Shown here piece after piece: positions 36,394-46,878 of a stretch of 64,000 nucleotides of DNA. The stretch's first letter is position 1, and each line of letters begins with the position of its first letter. The stretch comes from a virus. Lineage: Duplodnaviria > Caudoviricetes. Both the position numbers and the translations under genes were made by a program. A model generated the notes under the pieces. It saw only the letters and a list, made by a program, of their open reading frames with translations. It was not told the origin of the DNA and ran no database searches. The stretch covers positions 17,458-81,457 of the IMG/VR virus record IMGVR_UViG_3300020172_002590; one strand, given 5' to 3'.

Positions 36394-37445
36394 GCTCTTT
36401 TAATGTATGGTTGAGAAACTTTCTCCCAAGTCATGTGCTCATTGATATACAATGCACTTTCATATGTGCGTTGTGCAACTGATGAATAGTTCTCAGCAAC
36501 ATAAAGCATTTTATCACACAAGTCGTCAAATTCTGGTTCTGCCCATTCACCGCAGTCTTCGTATCTTCCAAACATACGCCATGTGCCCCATCTAAAGTTA
36601 AGCGGTACTGACATATGAGCAAAATCTTTACAAGCCAATACATCTGTGCAGATTGTTGGGATACCTTTAGCAATTGCTTGGAATGGCAAGTTACCCCATC
36701 CTTCTCCGCTAGTCGGATATATAACGCAGTCTGCCATGTCAAAGATTCTTCCCAATTCTTCATGAGATACTTCATCATCAATCACTTCAATTTGGGGGTG
36801 TCTAAGACCATGCATTTCTCCACCTCTATAAATTCTTCCATCAGGTTCACCATTGGATTTATAAATTAAACGGTAGTCATCATTGCCCTCAAACATTCTT
36901 AAAAATGCATCAACCGCCATCTGAGAATTCTTACGACTAGATGGTGATCCAATAGACAAGAATGTAAATGTAGAATGAGGTGTCCTTAACTTAGGGAAAT
37001 AGATATTAGGGTCAACACCTAACTTAAATTCATACACAGGCCGCTGAATTCCTGAAGCAATGAAAACCTTTTGCATGTCCAAACTGCATGTCCAAATCTC
37101 ATCCATTTGATTGCATAGTTTTACCCAATGATCGGGGAGTTTATTTGTTTCCCAGAATGTAAAACCGACAGAGTAAATCTTTGACTTAACAAACCCTTCA
37201 GGAACGGAATGGTTAATTACAATCTCATTTGTGCAATCATCCTTTTGCATATAACCAAGTCCAAGAAATTCTTGCATCGTGGCAAGTTCGGGTGGCACTT
37301 GAATCTTTCCAATCTCATCCCAATTTGTGGGCTTGCTTCTGCGGATTGGCAATCCGCTTGTGCCGATGAAATCCCATAGACGGTCAGGCGTATAGCCATA
37401 GCCTTCACTAAATTTCGGTATTTGGTTATCCGACCATACTAGCAT
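36363..37445 (-). CDS. GT4-like glycosyltransferase
   Basis: FTFWET...RKN...YPTSGEGWGNLPFQAIAKGIPTICT. Confidence 0.88.
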   Translation of the reverse strand: MLVWSDNQIPKFSEGYGYTPDRLWDFIGTSGLPIRRSKPTNWDEIGKIQVPPELATMQEFLGLGYMQKDDCTNEIVINHSVPEGFVKSKIYSVGFTFWETNKLPDHWVKLCNQMDEIWTCSLDMQKVFIASGIQRPVYEFKLGVDPNIYFPKLRTPHSTFTFLSIGSPSSRKNSQMAVDAFLRMFEGNDDYRLIYKSNGEPDGRIYRGGEMHGLRHPQIEVIDDEVSHEELGRIFDMADCVIYPTSGEGWGNLPFQAIAKGIPTICTDVLACKDFAHMSVPLNFRWGTWRMFGRYEDCGEWAEPEFDDLCDKMLYVAENYSSVAQRTYESALYINEHMTWEKVSQPYIKRAWEILEEVKS

Positions 37446-40400
37446 TCTTTAATCCTTTCATGTCTATGTACTGTTCAATTGGAATCATTGATCTCTCATT
37501 CTCAATCTTGTATGAGTCCAATCTTGTTAGAGTTTTCTTGTCCTCAATTTTAGCAAGTTTTGCAGCATACCATGTGTTCTTTTTGATAATATTTTTCAGT
37601 TTTCCGAATACCGAAGGGAACAGAACGATCTTAAAGATTTGTTCTCCATCCCAGCAATACAAGTTAGCCATATCCTTACCAGTTTGTGTGGTGAAGAATC
37701 GTGTGTGAAAAATGTACAACAATGTCTTTTCGTTATTAACGCTCCCCAACCCCGATGGATACAGCCACCCAAAGTCATGCTCTAAGCCTTTGGCTCTCAA
37801 TTTGATAAAGTCATGCAATGGTGTATCAATATAGTTAAAAGCGTCACTAAAGGCATGGAGCGTTCGGTCACCGATAAGGGCATAGAGATAGTCTCTGACG
37901 GCCACCTCGGTATCACGCTCTGCAAACACCGTAGCAGAGCCTGAGGCATCTTCAAATTCAATACGGAGGTATTGGGGGGTTTTCTTAGTAGAACGCACCA
38001 CAGCCTTAACCAGCGTCAATGGAGAGTTGATTTCATGGAAGTTTGCTATGTCCTCTACGAATTCATCCATCTCATTCCTATCCGAAGCCAATGTAATAGG
38101 GAATCCTAGGATTGGTAGATAGTATCTTTCATGCTCATATTGGGATTCAAACCCGATTGATTTGAAAGCACCTACCTTTTCTAAGTTTTCCTTGACATTG
38201 GATCTTACGGCTCTCTTAGAGCATTTGTTTACGAATTCATCGTAAGAGTTAAATGGTCTCTTTGAAGTAATCTCTTCAATGGCTGTCTTGCCACAAGCCT
38301 GAACATTGCTCAACCCAAAACGAATACCCTCTACTCCGTCTTCACTGCCGATAGTAAAGTACTCGTCTGATTCATTGATATCAGGAGGAAGAACCTTAAC
38401 CCCAAGTCTTTGCGCTTCCATAAGATATGCAGTAATCTTATCTGTTGAGTCCTCGTTGCAAAGCAATGCCCAAGTAAACTCAAGAGGATAATAAACTTTC
38501 AACCACATTGTCTGATACGACAACATTGAATATGCAACGGCATGAGATTTGTTAAACATATACAAAGCCGCTAGTTCAAAGTCAGCCCAAATCTTTTCCG
38601 CTTTCTCTCTCGTAATATATTTGTTATTGACGAACTTTTCTCTGTATTCATCAAATCCAGCAGCATCACGCTTCTTACCAATGATCTTACGAAGTTTGTC
38701 TGCTTCTGACCAAGTAAAGTCAGCAAGTAGCACAGCCATTTGCATTAACTGCTCTTGGAAGATAACTGTTCCATAAGTTTCACGAAGAATGTCTTCTACT
38801 AATGGATGAGGATACCTAGGCTTCTTTTCCCCCTTCTTACATTCAATATAAGTTTTACCCTGAGAAAGTAATGCACCTGGTCTTACAAGAGCGTTGCTAA
38901 CAACCAAGTCATTGAAGTCATCAATGCCCATTCGTTCAATGAGATTCCTATAAGCAGCGGCATCAGCTTGGAATACCCCAACTGTGTTACCGTTTGCAAT
39001 GTTTTGGTATACAGCCTTGTCATCAAGCCTGAGTGATTCTTCTGTAACATCTACACCTGTTCTTTCTTTAATCTTTGAAATACAATCTTTAATAACTGAT
39101 ACTGTTTTTAGACCCAATACGTCAATCTTAATTAGACCAACTGCTTCAGCGTCTTCCATATCAAAAGCAGTAACAATAGATCTAACTCCTGAGTTAACAT
39201 CTTTTCTTGTTTCTACAGGACAGATATCAGTTAATGGGATTGAAGAAACAACCATGCCAGCAGCATGAATGCCTGCGTTACGAATTCGACCTTCTAATTG
39301 TTTTGATAACTTTGCAACATCAGGATACTTTTTACAAAAAATCTTACCCTTGTCAGAAGTCTCAAGTTCTTCTAATGTTTCAAAGTATGGAGTAATTGCG
39401 TTAATCTCTTGAAAAGGAACTTGATAAACTCTTGAAACATCCTTAACAGCCGACTTTGGTTTGTAAGTTCCATATGTTGTAATAGCGGCAACATTATCAT
39501 GACCCCATCTTTCACGAAGATAGTTTCTAACTTCATGTCTGCGCTTATCTTCAAAGTCTAAGTCAATGTCGGGATAGTCATTACGGTCTGGGTTAATAAA
39601 ACGCGCAAATAGCAAACTATACTTGATTGGATCAACTTTAGAAATATCCAACAAGAACGCTAAGATGCTTCCACCGACAGAGCCTCGGCCTGTACCACGA
39701 CCAATGTTGTTCTGGTCTGCCCATTTAACCAAGTCCCATACAATCAAGAAGTAGTCAGCAAATCCCAATTGTTTAATGATTGCTAATTCTTCATCAAGAC
39801 GAGTCTTGTATTCTTCACCGTATCCTCTTGATTGCAATTCAAATTCAGTAATCTCACGAAGATAATCATCAGAGTTGAATAACTTAGAATACTTAGGCAA
39901 TAGATTTGCTCTTTTTTGAAGTCTTGCAGTGCATTTGTCTGCAACTTCAATTGTATTCTCTAGAAATGATGCATTAGAATATCCAGCTTCTTGAAACCAA
40001 CTAAATACAGTATCAGCATCAGCAACATAAGGATTGATTTCATCAAATCGCAAGAAACGATTTGGGTACATCTTATTAATCTTGTCAACTACAGAAGCAC
40101 TAGGGTCATTAATAATTGAACTATTTTCTTTAGCCAATCTTTCCTCTGCTGCTCCCATACTTGGATACTGTGAAACCATAAGAAGAACTTCCTCACAACC
40201 TCTATCGTCATGAGTTGGGAAATGACAGTCAGCAGTGCCAACTACTTTCTTATTAAAATGCTCTGCTAAGTTAATTAGACCGTCATTAATATTCTTTGGG
40301 TTCCAAGCCTGTACTTCAAAGTAAAAGTCATCCTTAAAGATTTTAATAAATCTTTCAGACAACTGCTCTGCTCTTGCGTAGTTCTTATTTTCAATAGCCT

Positions 40401-40830
40401 TAGAGATTGCACTACCCATGCAACCTGATAGTGCAATAATGTCATCATCAACTAATGATTCAAGAAGTTCAAAGTCCATTCTTGGTTTGTAATAAAAGTT
40501 ATTAGTCCAACCGATTCTTGATGCTTTAAATAACTTCTGCAAACCCTCGTTGTTCTTAGCCAAAAGAATTAAGTGATATCTTTCGTGCTTTCCATCACCA
40601 TCACTACCTACTGATGGAACAAAGTATGCTTCAATGCCAAATATTGGCTTTACATTTTGCTTATCACAAGCTTCTTGAAATTTTAAAACACCACCCATTG
40701 TCCCATGATCGGTAATAGCAGCAGCATACTGCCCATTCCTACTTGATGTTCTTGCAATTTCTTCTGGTGTTGACATACCATCCAATAATGAATATTCTGA
40801 ATGGCAGTGTAGGTGAACAAAATCAGTCAT
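37426..40830 (-). CDS. dnaE: DNA polymerase III alpha subunit
   Basis: PHP motif HLHCHSEYSLLDG, GRGSVGGS, PDIDLDF, FNKSHA; no intein. Confidence 0.97.
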   Translation of the reverse strand: MTDFVHLHCHSEYSLLDGMSTPEEIARTSSRNGQYAAAITDHGTMGGVLKFQEACDKQNVKPIFGIEAYFVPSVGSDGDGKHERYHLILLAKNNEGLQKLFKASRIGWTNNFYYKPRMDFELLESLVDDDIIALSGCMGSAISKAIENKNYARAEQLSERFIKIFKDDFYFEVQAWNPKNINDGLINLAEHFNKKVVGTADCHFPTHDDRGCEEVLLMVSQYPSMGAAEERLAKENSSIINDPSASVVDKINKMYPNRFLRFDEINPYVADADTVFSWFQEAGYSNASFLENTIEVADKCTARLQKRANLLPKYSKLFNSDDYLREITEFELQSRGYGEEYKTRLDEELAIIKQLGFADYFLIVWDLVKWADQNNIGRGTGRGSVGGSILAFLLDISKVDPIKYSLLFARFINPDRNDYPDIDLDFEDKRRHEVRNYLRERWGHDNVAAITTYGTYKPKSAVKDVSRVYQVPFQEINAITPYFETLEELETSDKGKIFCKKYPDVAKLSKQLEGRIRNAGIHAAGMVVSSIPLTDICPVETRKDVNSGVRSIVTAFDMEDAEAVGLIKIDVLGLKTVSVIKDCISKIKERTGVDVTEESLRLDDKAVYQNIANGNTVGVFQADAAAYRNLIERMGIDDFNDLVVSNALVRPGALLSQGKTYIECKKGEKKPRYPHPLVEDILRETYGTVIFQEQLMQMAVLLADFTWSEADKLRKIIGKKRDAAGFDEYREKFVNNKYITREKAEKIWADFELAALYMFNKSHAVAYSMLSYQTMWLKVYYPLEFTWALLCNEDSTDKITAYLMEAQRLGVKVLPPDINESDEYFTIGSEDGVEGIRFGLSNVQACGKTAIEEITSKRPFNSYDEFVNKCSKRAVRSNVKENLEKVGAFKSIGFESQYEHERYYLPILGFPITLASDRNEMDEFVEDIANFHEINSPLTLVKAVVRSTKKTPQYLRIEFEDASGSATVFAERDTEVAVRDYLYALIGDRTLHAFSDAFNYIDTPLHDFIKLRAKGLEHDFGWLYPSGLGSVNNEKTLLYIFHTRFFTTQTGKDMANLYCWDGEQIFKIVLFPSVFGKLKNIIKKNTWYAAKLAKIEDKKTLTRLDSYKIENERSMIPIEQYIDMKGLKNASMVG

Positions 40831-41347
40831 TGATTTCCAATTCTAGTAGACCGCCGATTGTAGGCAGTTCGTTCCAATATTTGCGATTGTACCATGCTTT
40901 TCTAAGGAAAGCGTTATGACCTTCCTCAAGAAGTGTGATTACTTCATTTGGGTTATCTTCTACAATGAATTCAGGGTTTAATTCCTTAATTACATTGTGC
41001 TTTTCACCCATCTTACAGAAGATAGGCTTCATAGTGTTTATCTTCCACTCATCAAGCCATTGCTCTGTTACTTCAATAGATGCAGGAGTTCGTCTAGCAG
41101 TAACAATATATACATCATTACCGTTAGAAAACCACTTGTTAACTTGATGCCATGCATCTTCAAAAGGTTTTAAATTTCTCCAAAATAAAGATGAACTCAT
41201 TATTTCATCTGATAATTCGCATTCATGATGCGTAGTCAGCCATTCTGTATAATCATAATCAAAATGGCCTCTTTCTTCAAGTTCTATATTTAACGCTTCG
41301 CCAATGTCTGCGATTACGCCATCTAGGTCTAAGGCTATCTTTTTCAT
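40823..41347 (-). CDS. HAD-family 5'(3')-deoxyribonucleotidase
   Basis: IALDLDGVIAD...IVTAR...IVEDNP. Confidence 0.88.
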   Translation of the reverse strand: MKKIALDLDGVIADIGEALNIELEERGHFDYDYTEWLTTHHECELSDEIMSSSLFWRNLKPFEDAWHQVNKWFSNGNDVYIVTARRTPASIEVTEQWLDEWKINTMKPIFCKMGEKHNVIKELNPEFIVEDNPNEVITLLEEGHNAFLRKAWYNRKYWNELPTIGGLLELEIND

Positions 41348-41359
41348 AAAATGAGGATT

Positions 41360-41385
41360 GGGGAGTGGTTTTTACACCACTCCCC
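41360..41385 (-). terminator. Intergenic hairpin
   Basis: GGGGAGTGGT-GTAAAA-ACCACTCCCC. Confidence 0.6.
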
Positions 41386-41406
41386 TCTCGCATCATACCT
41401 TTCTAA

Positions 41407-42054
41407 TTACCACTCTTCTTTGGTGATTTCGCCAGTCGTATAGAAACGCTCTTGCTTATCGTATGGCAATGTCAAATAAGTGTTTTCAAGTTCATGCATA
41501 GGCAATTGCTTAATTTCACTTGTCATTTCTGAGACACTCAATGGAATAAGGCTATAGTTAGTGTCAGATGCTCCTGAACCTTGACGAGAATACTTGTAGT
41601 CACGATCAGTGATTGTCCCAAATTCCTTTGCGTACTCAATCAAGATTGCACCAATATGACGCTGATTGAAAGTAGTGTCAATGATTCGTGGTTCCCAAAC
41701 TCCCGGCTCAACCTCAACTGCAACATTGATAATCAAGTGAGTCTTTGGTCTCCAAGCCTTATCCTTATGAACCTGCTCTGAGGCCCAGCATCTAAAACCA
41801 AACTTTTCAATCTGGGCAGTAGAAGCTGCTCTCCATTTCCAGTTAATTGGAGAAGTAATAACAGGAACCATAATACCTGTCCCAAACTTCTCATCGTAGC
41901 CTTTGCCATCCTCAGTTAGTTCCTGACGGAAACGAACTTTAACGGACTCTCCAGCACCAATTGTTAGATACTTCTTAGTGCCAGTCTTTTGTGCACCTGC
42001 TACTGGTGCTACTGTCTTTTCTAATTCTGATAGTGTTTTTACTGATTTAAACAT
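41407..42054 (-). CDS. Single-stranded DNA-binding protein (gp32-like)
   Basis: GESVKVRF...TITDRDYKYSRQG...DTNYSL; position in the replication module. Confidence 0.75.
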   Translation of the reverse strand: MFKSVKTLSELEKTVAPVAGAQKTGTKKYLTIGAGESVKVRFRQELTEDGKGYDEKFGTGIMVPVITSPINWKWRAASTAQIEKFGFRCWASEQVHKDKAWRPKTHLIINVAVEVEPGVWEPRIIDTTFNQRHIGAILIEYAKEFGTITDRDYKYSRQGSGASDTNYSLIPLSVSEMTSEIKQLPMHELENTYLTLPYDKQERFYTTGEITKEEW

Positions 42055-42069
42055 TTGTTTATACCTTCC

Positions 42070-43014
42070 TTATATGTGTATTTGTTTGTTTGTTAATGTA
42101 AGTTTAATTTCTGTTTCTGTCATATCACCTGCATCCTTGCGGTCCTCAGGTAATGTGACTGTGTAGAGTTCCTTGCCACTACACGCATCCAGTATATCAT
42201 GCTTCATCTGCTCTCCAGCCTCATCATTATCCGAGAAGATAATTATTTTATCAAAATATCTTCTAAGTAATTTGTATTGATACTCTGAAACTTTTGAGCC
42301 GAGTGTAGCAACAACATTGGGAAAACCAGATTGATGAATGAACATTGCATCAACACTACCTTCCACAACTATGCAAGAATCATACTGTTTTGCATTTTGG
42401 ATATTAAACAATACATCGGCTCTTTTAAAGCCTTTGTTGTATAAGTATCTTGGCTCTTGCTCCGTACTGATAGCACGACCAATAAAGCCAACTAACTTAT
42501 ATTGTGCATCCCTTACAGGAATTACAATTCTTTCTTTCTTGGTTGAATAACCAATTTCAAAATATTCAAGTGTTTCAACTAATAGCCCTCTTTCAATGAA
42601 AGTAAATAGATTATTAATTTCATCTTCATTAGAGTAATCAATCTCAACATCAGAAATATTTAATTGTTCTTTTTCTCCCTCTTCATAATTTAAATCTCTA
42701 TCAATAGCATTTTTAAGGGCTAAGTGATCTAGCTTTATATCTTTTGTAAAAGGCTTACCAGTAATCTGTTTGTACAGTTGTCTGAAATTACCCTTTTTAC
42801 CGCAAGACGGATTAAAGCATTGCCAAAGACCAGTTTTTACATTTATATAAAAAGCAGGACTATGTAGATTTTTATGAAATGGGCAAAAGATTGTTACTTC
42901 ATTCATACCCTCATTATGGATATGAATATTATAATTATCAAATAACTCTCTTATGTTTCTTTCAATATTACTTGAAGAAATGTAACTGGAATTTGAAGAT
43001 ATTTGATTTCGCAT
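42070..43014 (-). CDS. dnaG: DNA primase (CHC2 Zn finger plus TOPRIM)
   Basis: CPFH...WQCF...C; VVEGSVDA; FSDNDEAG; KDAGD. Confidence 0.93.
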   Translation of the reverse strand: MRNQISSNSSYISSSNIERNIRELFDNYNIHIHNEGMNEVTIFCPFHKNLHSPAFYINVKTGLWQCFNPSCGKKGNFRQLYKQITGKPFTKDIKLDHLALKNAIDRDLNYEEGEKEQLNISDVEIDYSNEDEINNLFTFIERGLLVETLEYFEIGYSTKKERIVIPVRDAQYKLVGFIGRAISTEQEPRYLYNKGFKRADVLFNIQNAKQYDSCIVVEGSVDAMFIHQSGFPNVVATLGSKVSEYQYKLLRRYFDKIIIFSDNDEAGEQMKHDILDACSGKELYTVTLPEDRKDAGDMTETEIKLTLTNKQIHI

Positions 43015-43189
43015 CGTAGTCTGTTGTTAGCTTAGTCTTCTTAAAATCACCGTATTCGGCCTTCCATTCATCTTCAATCCAAGGTCTCAACCTTACGATT
43101 GTCTCAATGTCTTGAGCCTCACCAGCAATATACTTCTTTGGAATTATAGTTCCCATTCTTCTGTCCACTTTCCTGTCTCTAGGTTCCAT
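42968..43189 (-). CDS. Hypothetical protein
   Basis: Short ORF between helicase and primase. Confidence 0.65.
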   Translation of the reverse strand: MEPRDRKVDRRMGTIIPKKYIAGEAQDIETIVRLRPWIEDEWKAEYGDFKKTKLTTDYDAKSNIFKFQLHFFK

Positions 43190-44361
43190 CTTAGATAAAA
43201 ACCAAAATGTGTTGATCTTCTTACTTTTCTTGATACTACTTGAAATACATCTGAATTATATTCACGATGAATTGCAAGCACTAAGTCTGCATCGTAAGCA
43301 AGTTGCTTACTCCATGCTACCTCTTCCAATTCTGGCGGTCTTTCTGAGTGACCTTCATTCATTGTTACTGCTGCTACGTCAATGATAGGAATACCATTTT
43401 TAACAGCAATTCTCTTGAATGCCTTTGAAAGATTTTTTGCCTTCTCTGTCTCATTTTTTGCACCACTGGCATCATCAAATAATCCGTGGTAATCCAAAAT
43501 AACCATGTCAGGATGATATTGGTCAATCTTTGCTTGAACCATATTTTGATCTGCAGTTTCAAGACCCTCTGATGTTACAAGATAGATAGGATGCTTACCC
43601 TCAAAGGTTGCTTCAGCCCATCTCTCATAACTATCCACAATGCCCCTGTTCGCTTTTACAAGATCGGTATTGGTAAAGTGACCTTCTCCATTGTTTAACA
43701 ATGTATCAAGTCTCTGGCCCTCCTGTTGCTTATTCATTTCTAATGAAATAATCAATGGGCGATAACCTGCTCTCCAAGCATTAGCAGCAAATAGTCTAGC
43801 AATAAAACTTTTACCAACTCCTGTCCAACCTAAAAGAACAACAAAGTCTCCCGGTTGCCAACCACCAAAAGATTTATCAAGAACTTTAATACCACTTGGA
43901 ATCCCAGGAATATCTCTAGCTTCTTGCAAGGATCTTTCTCTTAAGTTGTCTGCTCTATCTTTCCACTCACTTACTAAGTCAGTATCTTTCAAGCTGCTAG
44001 AGAACTTATACAATTGAGATGTTGATTGCATAAGGTAAGCCATTGATTCTTTTGGCCCCATATCTTTGAGTATATTATGTGCCTTAGAAATAATCTGTCT
44101 TGTCTGATAGGACAGAGATTCCCTCTTTGCTTCATCAATATAATAAGTTAATGGCTCAGGTGTGTTAATAAATTCAAAGTCTGGGTAATGATGTTTTACC
44201 GTATCTTTTGATGGTGTCTTTTTATATTCATCGTAGTGTTGCACTACGAAATTCCAAATGTCACGGTATTCAACGAATACATTCTCAATGCCATCGTTTA
44301 CTGCCGTTACATATTCTCCAGAATTAAGTAAGGAGTTTATAACCCTTAACTCATAATTCAT
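43144..44361 (-). CDS. dnaB: Replicative DNA helicase
   Basis: GWTGVGKS, SLEM, ILDY, YDAD. Confidence 0.94.
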   Translation of the reverse strand: MNYELRVINSLLNSGEYVTAVNDGIENVFVEYRDIWNFVVQHYDEYKKTPSKDTVKHHYPDFEFINTPEPLTYYIDEAKRESLSYQTRQIISKAHNILKDMGPKESMAYLMQSTSQLYKFSSSLKDTDLVSEWKDRADNLRERSLQEARDIPGIPSGIKVLDKSFGGWQPGDFVVLLGWTGVGKSFIARLFAANAWRAGYRPLIISLEMNKQQEGQRLDTLLNNGEGHFTNTDLVKANRGIVDSYERWAEATFEGKHPIYLVTSEGLETADQNMVQAKIDQYHPDMVILDYHGLFDDASGAKNETEKAKNLSKAFKRIAVKNGIPIIDVAAVTMNEGHSERPPELEEVAWSKQLAYDADLVLAIHREYNSDVFQVVSRKVRRSTHFGFYLRWNLETGKWTEEWEL

Positions 44362-44722
44362 CTGTCATTCGCTTTCTTGTTTCTTCTAATATTGCCTGAA
44401 ATTTGCTTTCTGATTTATTATCAAATTGCACCTTGTCTATATATGTCTTAGATTCAATTGCAAAATCAAAAACTAAAACTGGCCCTGACTTTGCTTTGAC
44501 AAAAGATTCAATTGCCTTAAACAACAGTTCTGATTCATAGAATTCAGAGATTGCTTTTGCTACTGGCTCTTGTCTTGGTGAATCTGGGATAAACAACTTA
44601 CTGTGCTTTTTGCAACAATCTTGAAAGTGTTGAATTGTCTGTTCTCCAGTTACTTTCATCTTCCTTAGATGCTCTTTTCCAAATCGTGTTGAGGTAATCA
44701 TACTCTGACATACCTGCAACAA
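44351..44722 (-). CDS. Hypothetical protein upstream of the helicase
   Basis: ORF; start probably 44659. Confidence 0.7.
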   Translation of the reverse strand: MLQVCQSMITSTRFGKEHLRKMKVTGEQTIQHFQDCCKKHSKLFIPDSPRQEPVAKAISEFYESELLFKAIESFVKAKSGPVLVFDFAIESKTYIDKVQFDNKSESKFQAILEETRKRMTDEL

Positions 44723-44900
44723 CTCCTACAAAATAATCATTTTCTAATGCCATTATTAGGCATTCTTTTTTAACATTACATCTCGCACAGCCAGATTTTG
44801 CATATTCAACATCGTTAAGATCATAAGACAGCCATTTGTTAGCAAACTTATCGTTAGTACAAACTGCCTCATCTCTCCAACTACTTTGTTGTTGCATCAT
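44598..44900 (-). CDS. Divergent WhiB-family protein
   Basis: WRDEAVC...AKSGCARCNVKKECL..AL...GVVAGMS. Confidence 0.8.
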   Translation of the reverse strand: MMQQQSSWRDEAVCTNDKFANKWLSYDLNDVEYAKSGCARCNVKKECLIMALENDYFVGVVAGMSEYDYLNTIWKRASKEDESNWRTDNSTLSRLLQKAQ

Positions 44901-45084
44901 CCAACTCTTTGAGTTTTGCTTCAATTTGCAAATCAATAGAATCCCAAAGCTTTTTCCAAGCTGCTTCGTCTTCTAAAGATGATGCCATTGTCTTTGCACC
45001 TGCATCCAATCTTAGCGACTCATAGTTGCCAAGATTTTTCGTGATGCCAAGTGATGCCCAAATTTCTACTTTTTCTTCTGCCAT
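44881..45084 (-). CDS. Conserved hypothetical phage protein
   Basis: LGITKNLGNYESLRLDAG. Confidence 0.8.
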   Translation of the reverse strand: MAEEKVEIWASLGITKNLGNYESLRLDAGAKTMASSLEDEAAWKKLWDSIDLQIEAKLKELDDATTK

Positions 45085-45091
45085 AATTACC

Positions 45092-45526
45092 TCAGAATTT
45101 TAATTTTACTTTCTGTTCAATTGATTTAATTTTTGAATTAACATCAATACTTTTACTTTGCGCTGGTCTTCCCGGAATCCTAGTGTTAAAGAATTCAATC
45201 ATCTCATAAATGTCTGATTCTTCATAGTATCTCCAGTTTTCATAGCTTTTATACTTATCCCCAAATTTATTTGGTGAGGGAATAAGATTTTTTTTCTCAT
45301 ACTTTCTTAGGGTATCAGATCTTTTTTCTACAATCTTTGCAACTTCTCCAACAGTATAAAGTCGTGTTAGAAGAATTTCGCATTGCTCGTATGGTATCAG
45401 AATAGATTCTCCATTGTCCAGCCTTTCGGCAAGAATCTTATTAGAATTTTTGCTGATTTTTTTTAATTTCACAATAGTGTTTGCGTATCTATAAAACTTA
45501 TTTAGAACTGGTTTTCTTGTTATCAT
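45092..45526 (-). CDS. MerR-type HTH DNA-binding protein
   Basis: YTVGEVAK...TLRKYEKKNLIP...WRYY. Confidence 0.85.
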   Translation of the reverse strand: MITRKPVLNKFYRYANTIVKLKKISKNSNKILAERLDNGESILIPYEQCEILLTRLYTVGEVAKIVEKRSDTLRKYEKKNLIPSPNKFGDKYKSYENWRYYEESDIYEMIEFFNTRIPGRPAQSKSIDVNSKIKSIEQKVKLKF

Positions 45527-45710
45527 TTACAACCACTTTCTCATGCTTAAGTTTTTCTAAAAATACATTTAATTTTTCAACCTCAATATCTTTGGTATCA
45601 CTACATATTACACATGTAACATCAACATAGTAAGTTCCATATACATAATATGGTTCACCAATAAACTTAGGTCCACTACATACAGCACACTTAAGTCTAA
45701 TTTTATCCAT
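45498..45710 (-). CDS. Small Zn-ribbon protein
   Basis: CAVC...CVIC. Confidence 0.7.
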   Translation of the reverse strand: MDKIRLKCAVCSGPKFIGEPYYVYGTYYVDVTCVICSDTKDIEVEKLNVFLEKLKHEKVVVNDNKKTSSK

Positions 45711-45711
45711 A

Positions 45712-46878
45712 TTAGTCCAACCAGCAAGTATACTCGGCAGTTACTATTCCCTTTTCTGGGTGGATAAACATCAACGGCTGTGATGCTTTACCAATAGCAG
45801 CAAGACTCTCCATTGCGTATGTATTAGTTGATTCAGGGCTTCCTGAGATGCGACATTGAACACTATTAAATGTCATCTTAGTTGGAGTATGGAAGTGTCC
45901 AAAATAAACATCATCAAAATCCTCCTCAATTGCTCCGACCTTCCATCCATAAATCTTCTTTTGGAATGAGTAGAGAGTTGAAAGACTGCCAAACTGATCA
46001 CCATGAATTAACAATGACTTATAGTTGCCAATTGTGTCAATTGCATACCAGTTTCTTTCACCACGACCATCTGGAATAATGAACTTAATCCTCTTTTCAT
46101 TTTCAAACATGAGTTGAACAATGCGATAAAGCATTCTATCTCCGTTTGTTTCGGGATCGTGGTCTCTTCTTGCTCTACCGCCAATTGAACCATGATTACC
46201 AATTACACCGACAAATGTAACTGTTTCAAAATTCTCAAGCATCTTTGTCAAGAAATTCTTAATAATTCTTGGTCCATCAACAGTGATTTGACGATACAAG
46301 CCTCCATCAACTAAGAAGCTCTGACCAGGAAAGATTAATTCTCCTTCAACAATATCTCCTAAAGCCCAAACATGTAGGTGCTTAACTGGATGTTCAGTTC
46401 TCTGAATTTCCGTTAGTCTGATTACAGTATCAGCATACTGTTCAATTCTCTTTTCACAAATTTCAGAATTATAAGTAGGAGTTACTTTTGCTAACTGCCA
46501 GTCTGCAATCACAGCAACAGCAACTTCTTCTGAGTGCTTTCTTTTATCTTTTGCAGGGGCTGGTACACGGATAATCTTGTTATCCTTGATATCTTCCTTG
46601 ACTGCACGATATACAGCATCTGCAATAGCATCTTGCTTTGTCTTAATCTTTTCATACTCTTGCAATAGCTTTGCATATGAAACTTTAAGTTCAGATTCAG
46701 TAGTTGGGGCTTTCCCAATAACTGGATTTACAGGGATTTCTACAAGCCCATTTTCTTTTCTAAACTTGCACAGTCCAAGAGAATCAATTGATTTTCTACA
46801 ACTCGGATCTGCGTATTTTTGGTTTTGTGTATTTGGTTCAAAGGTCTGATTACAACCTTCTGCTCCACATTCTTTCAT
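45712..46878 (-). CDS. Calcineurin-like metallophosphoesterase with N-terminal Zn motif
   Basis: ADWQ, GDIVEG, GNHG, HGD, GHFH. Confidence 0.88.
   Translation of the reverse strand: MKECGAEGCNQTFEPNTQNQKYADPSCRKSIDSLGLCKFRKENGLVEIPVNPVIGKAPTTESELKVSYAKLLQEYEKIKTKQDAIADAVYRAVKEDIKDNKIIRVPAPAKDKRKHSEEVAVAVIADWQLAKVTPTYNSEICEKRIEQYADTVIRLTEIQRTEHPVKHLHVWALGDIVEGELIFPGQSFLVDGGLYRQITVDGPRIIKNFLTKMLENFETVTFVGVIGNHGSIGGRARRDHDPETNGDRMLYRIVQLMFENEKRIKFIIPDGRGERNWYAIDTIGNYKSLLIHGDQFGSLSTLYSFQKKIYGWKVGAIEEDFDDVYFGHFHTPTKMTFNSVQCRISGSPESTNTYAMESLAAIGKASQPLMFIHPEKGIVTAEYTCWLD

Noticed and set aside
37426-44361. Inteins or introns in dnaE and dnaB (terL and recA also checked)
   Set aside because: Lengths are normal and no splice-junction or LAGLIDADG motifs were seen.
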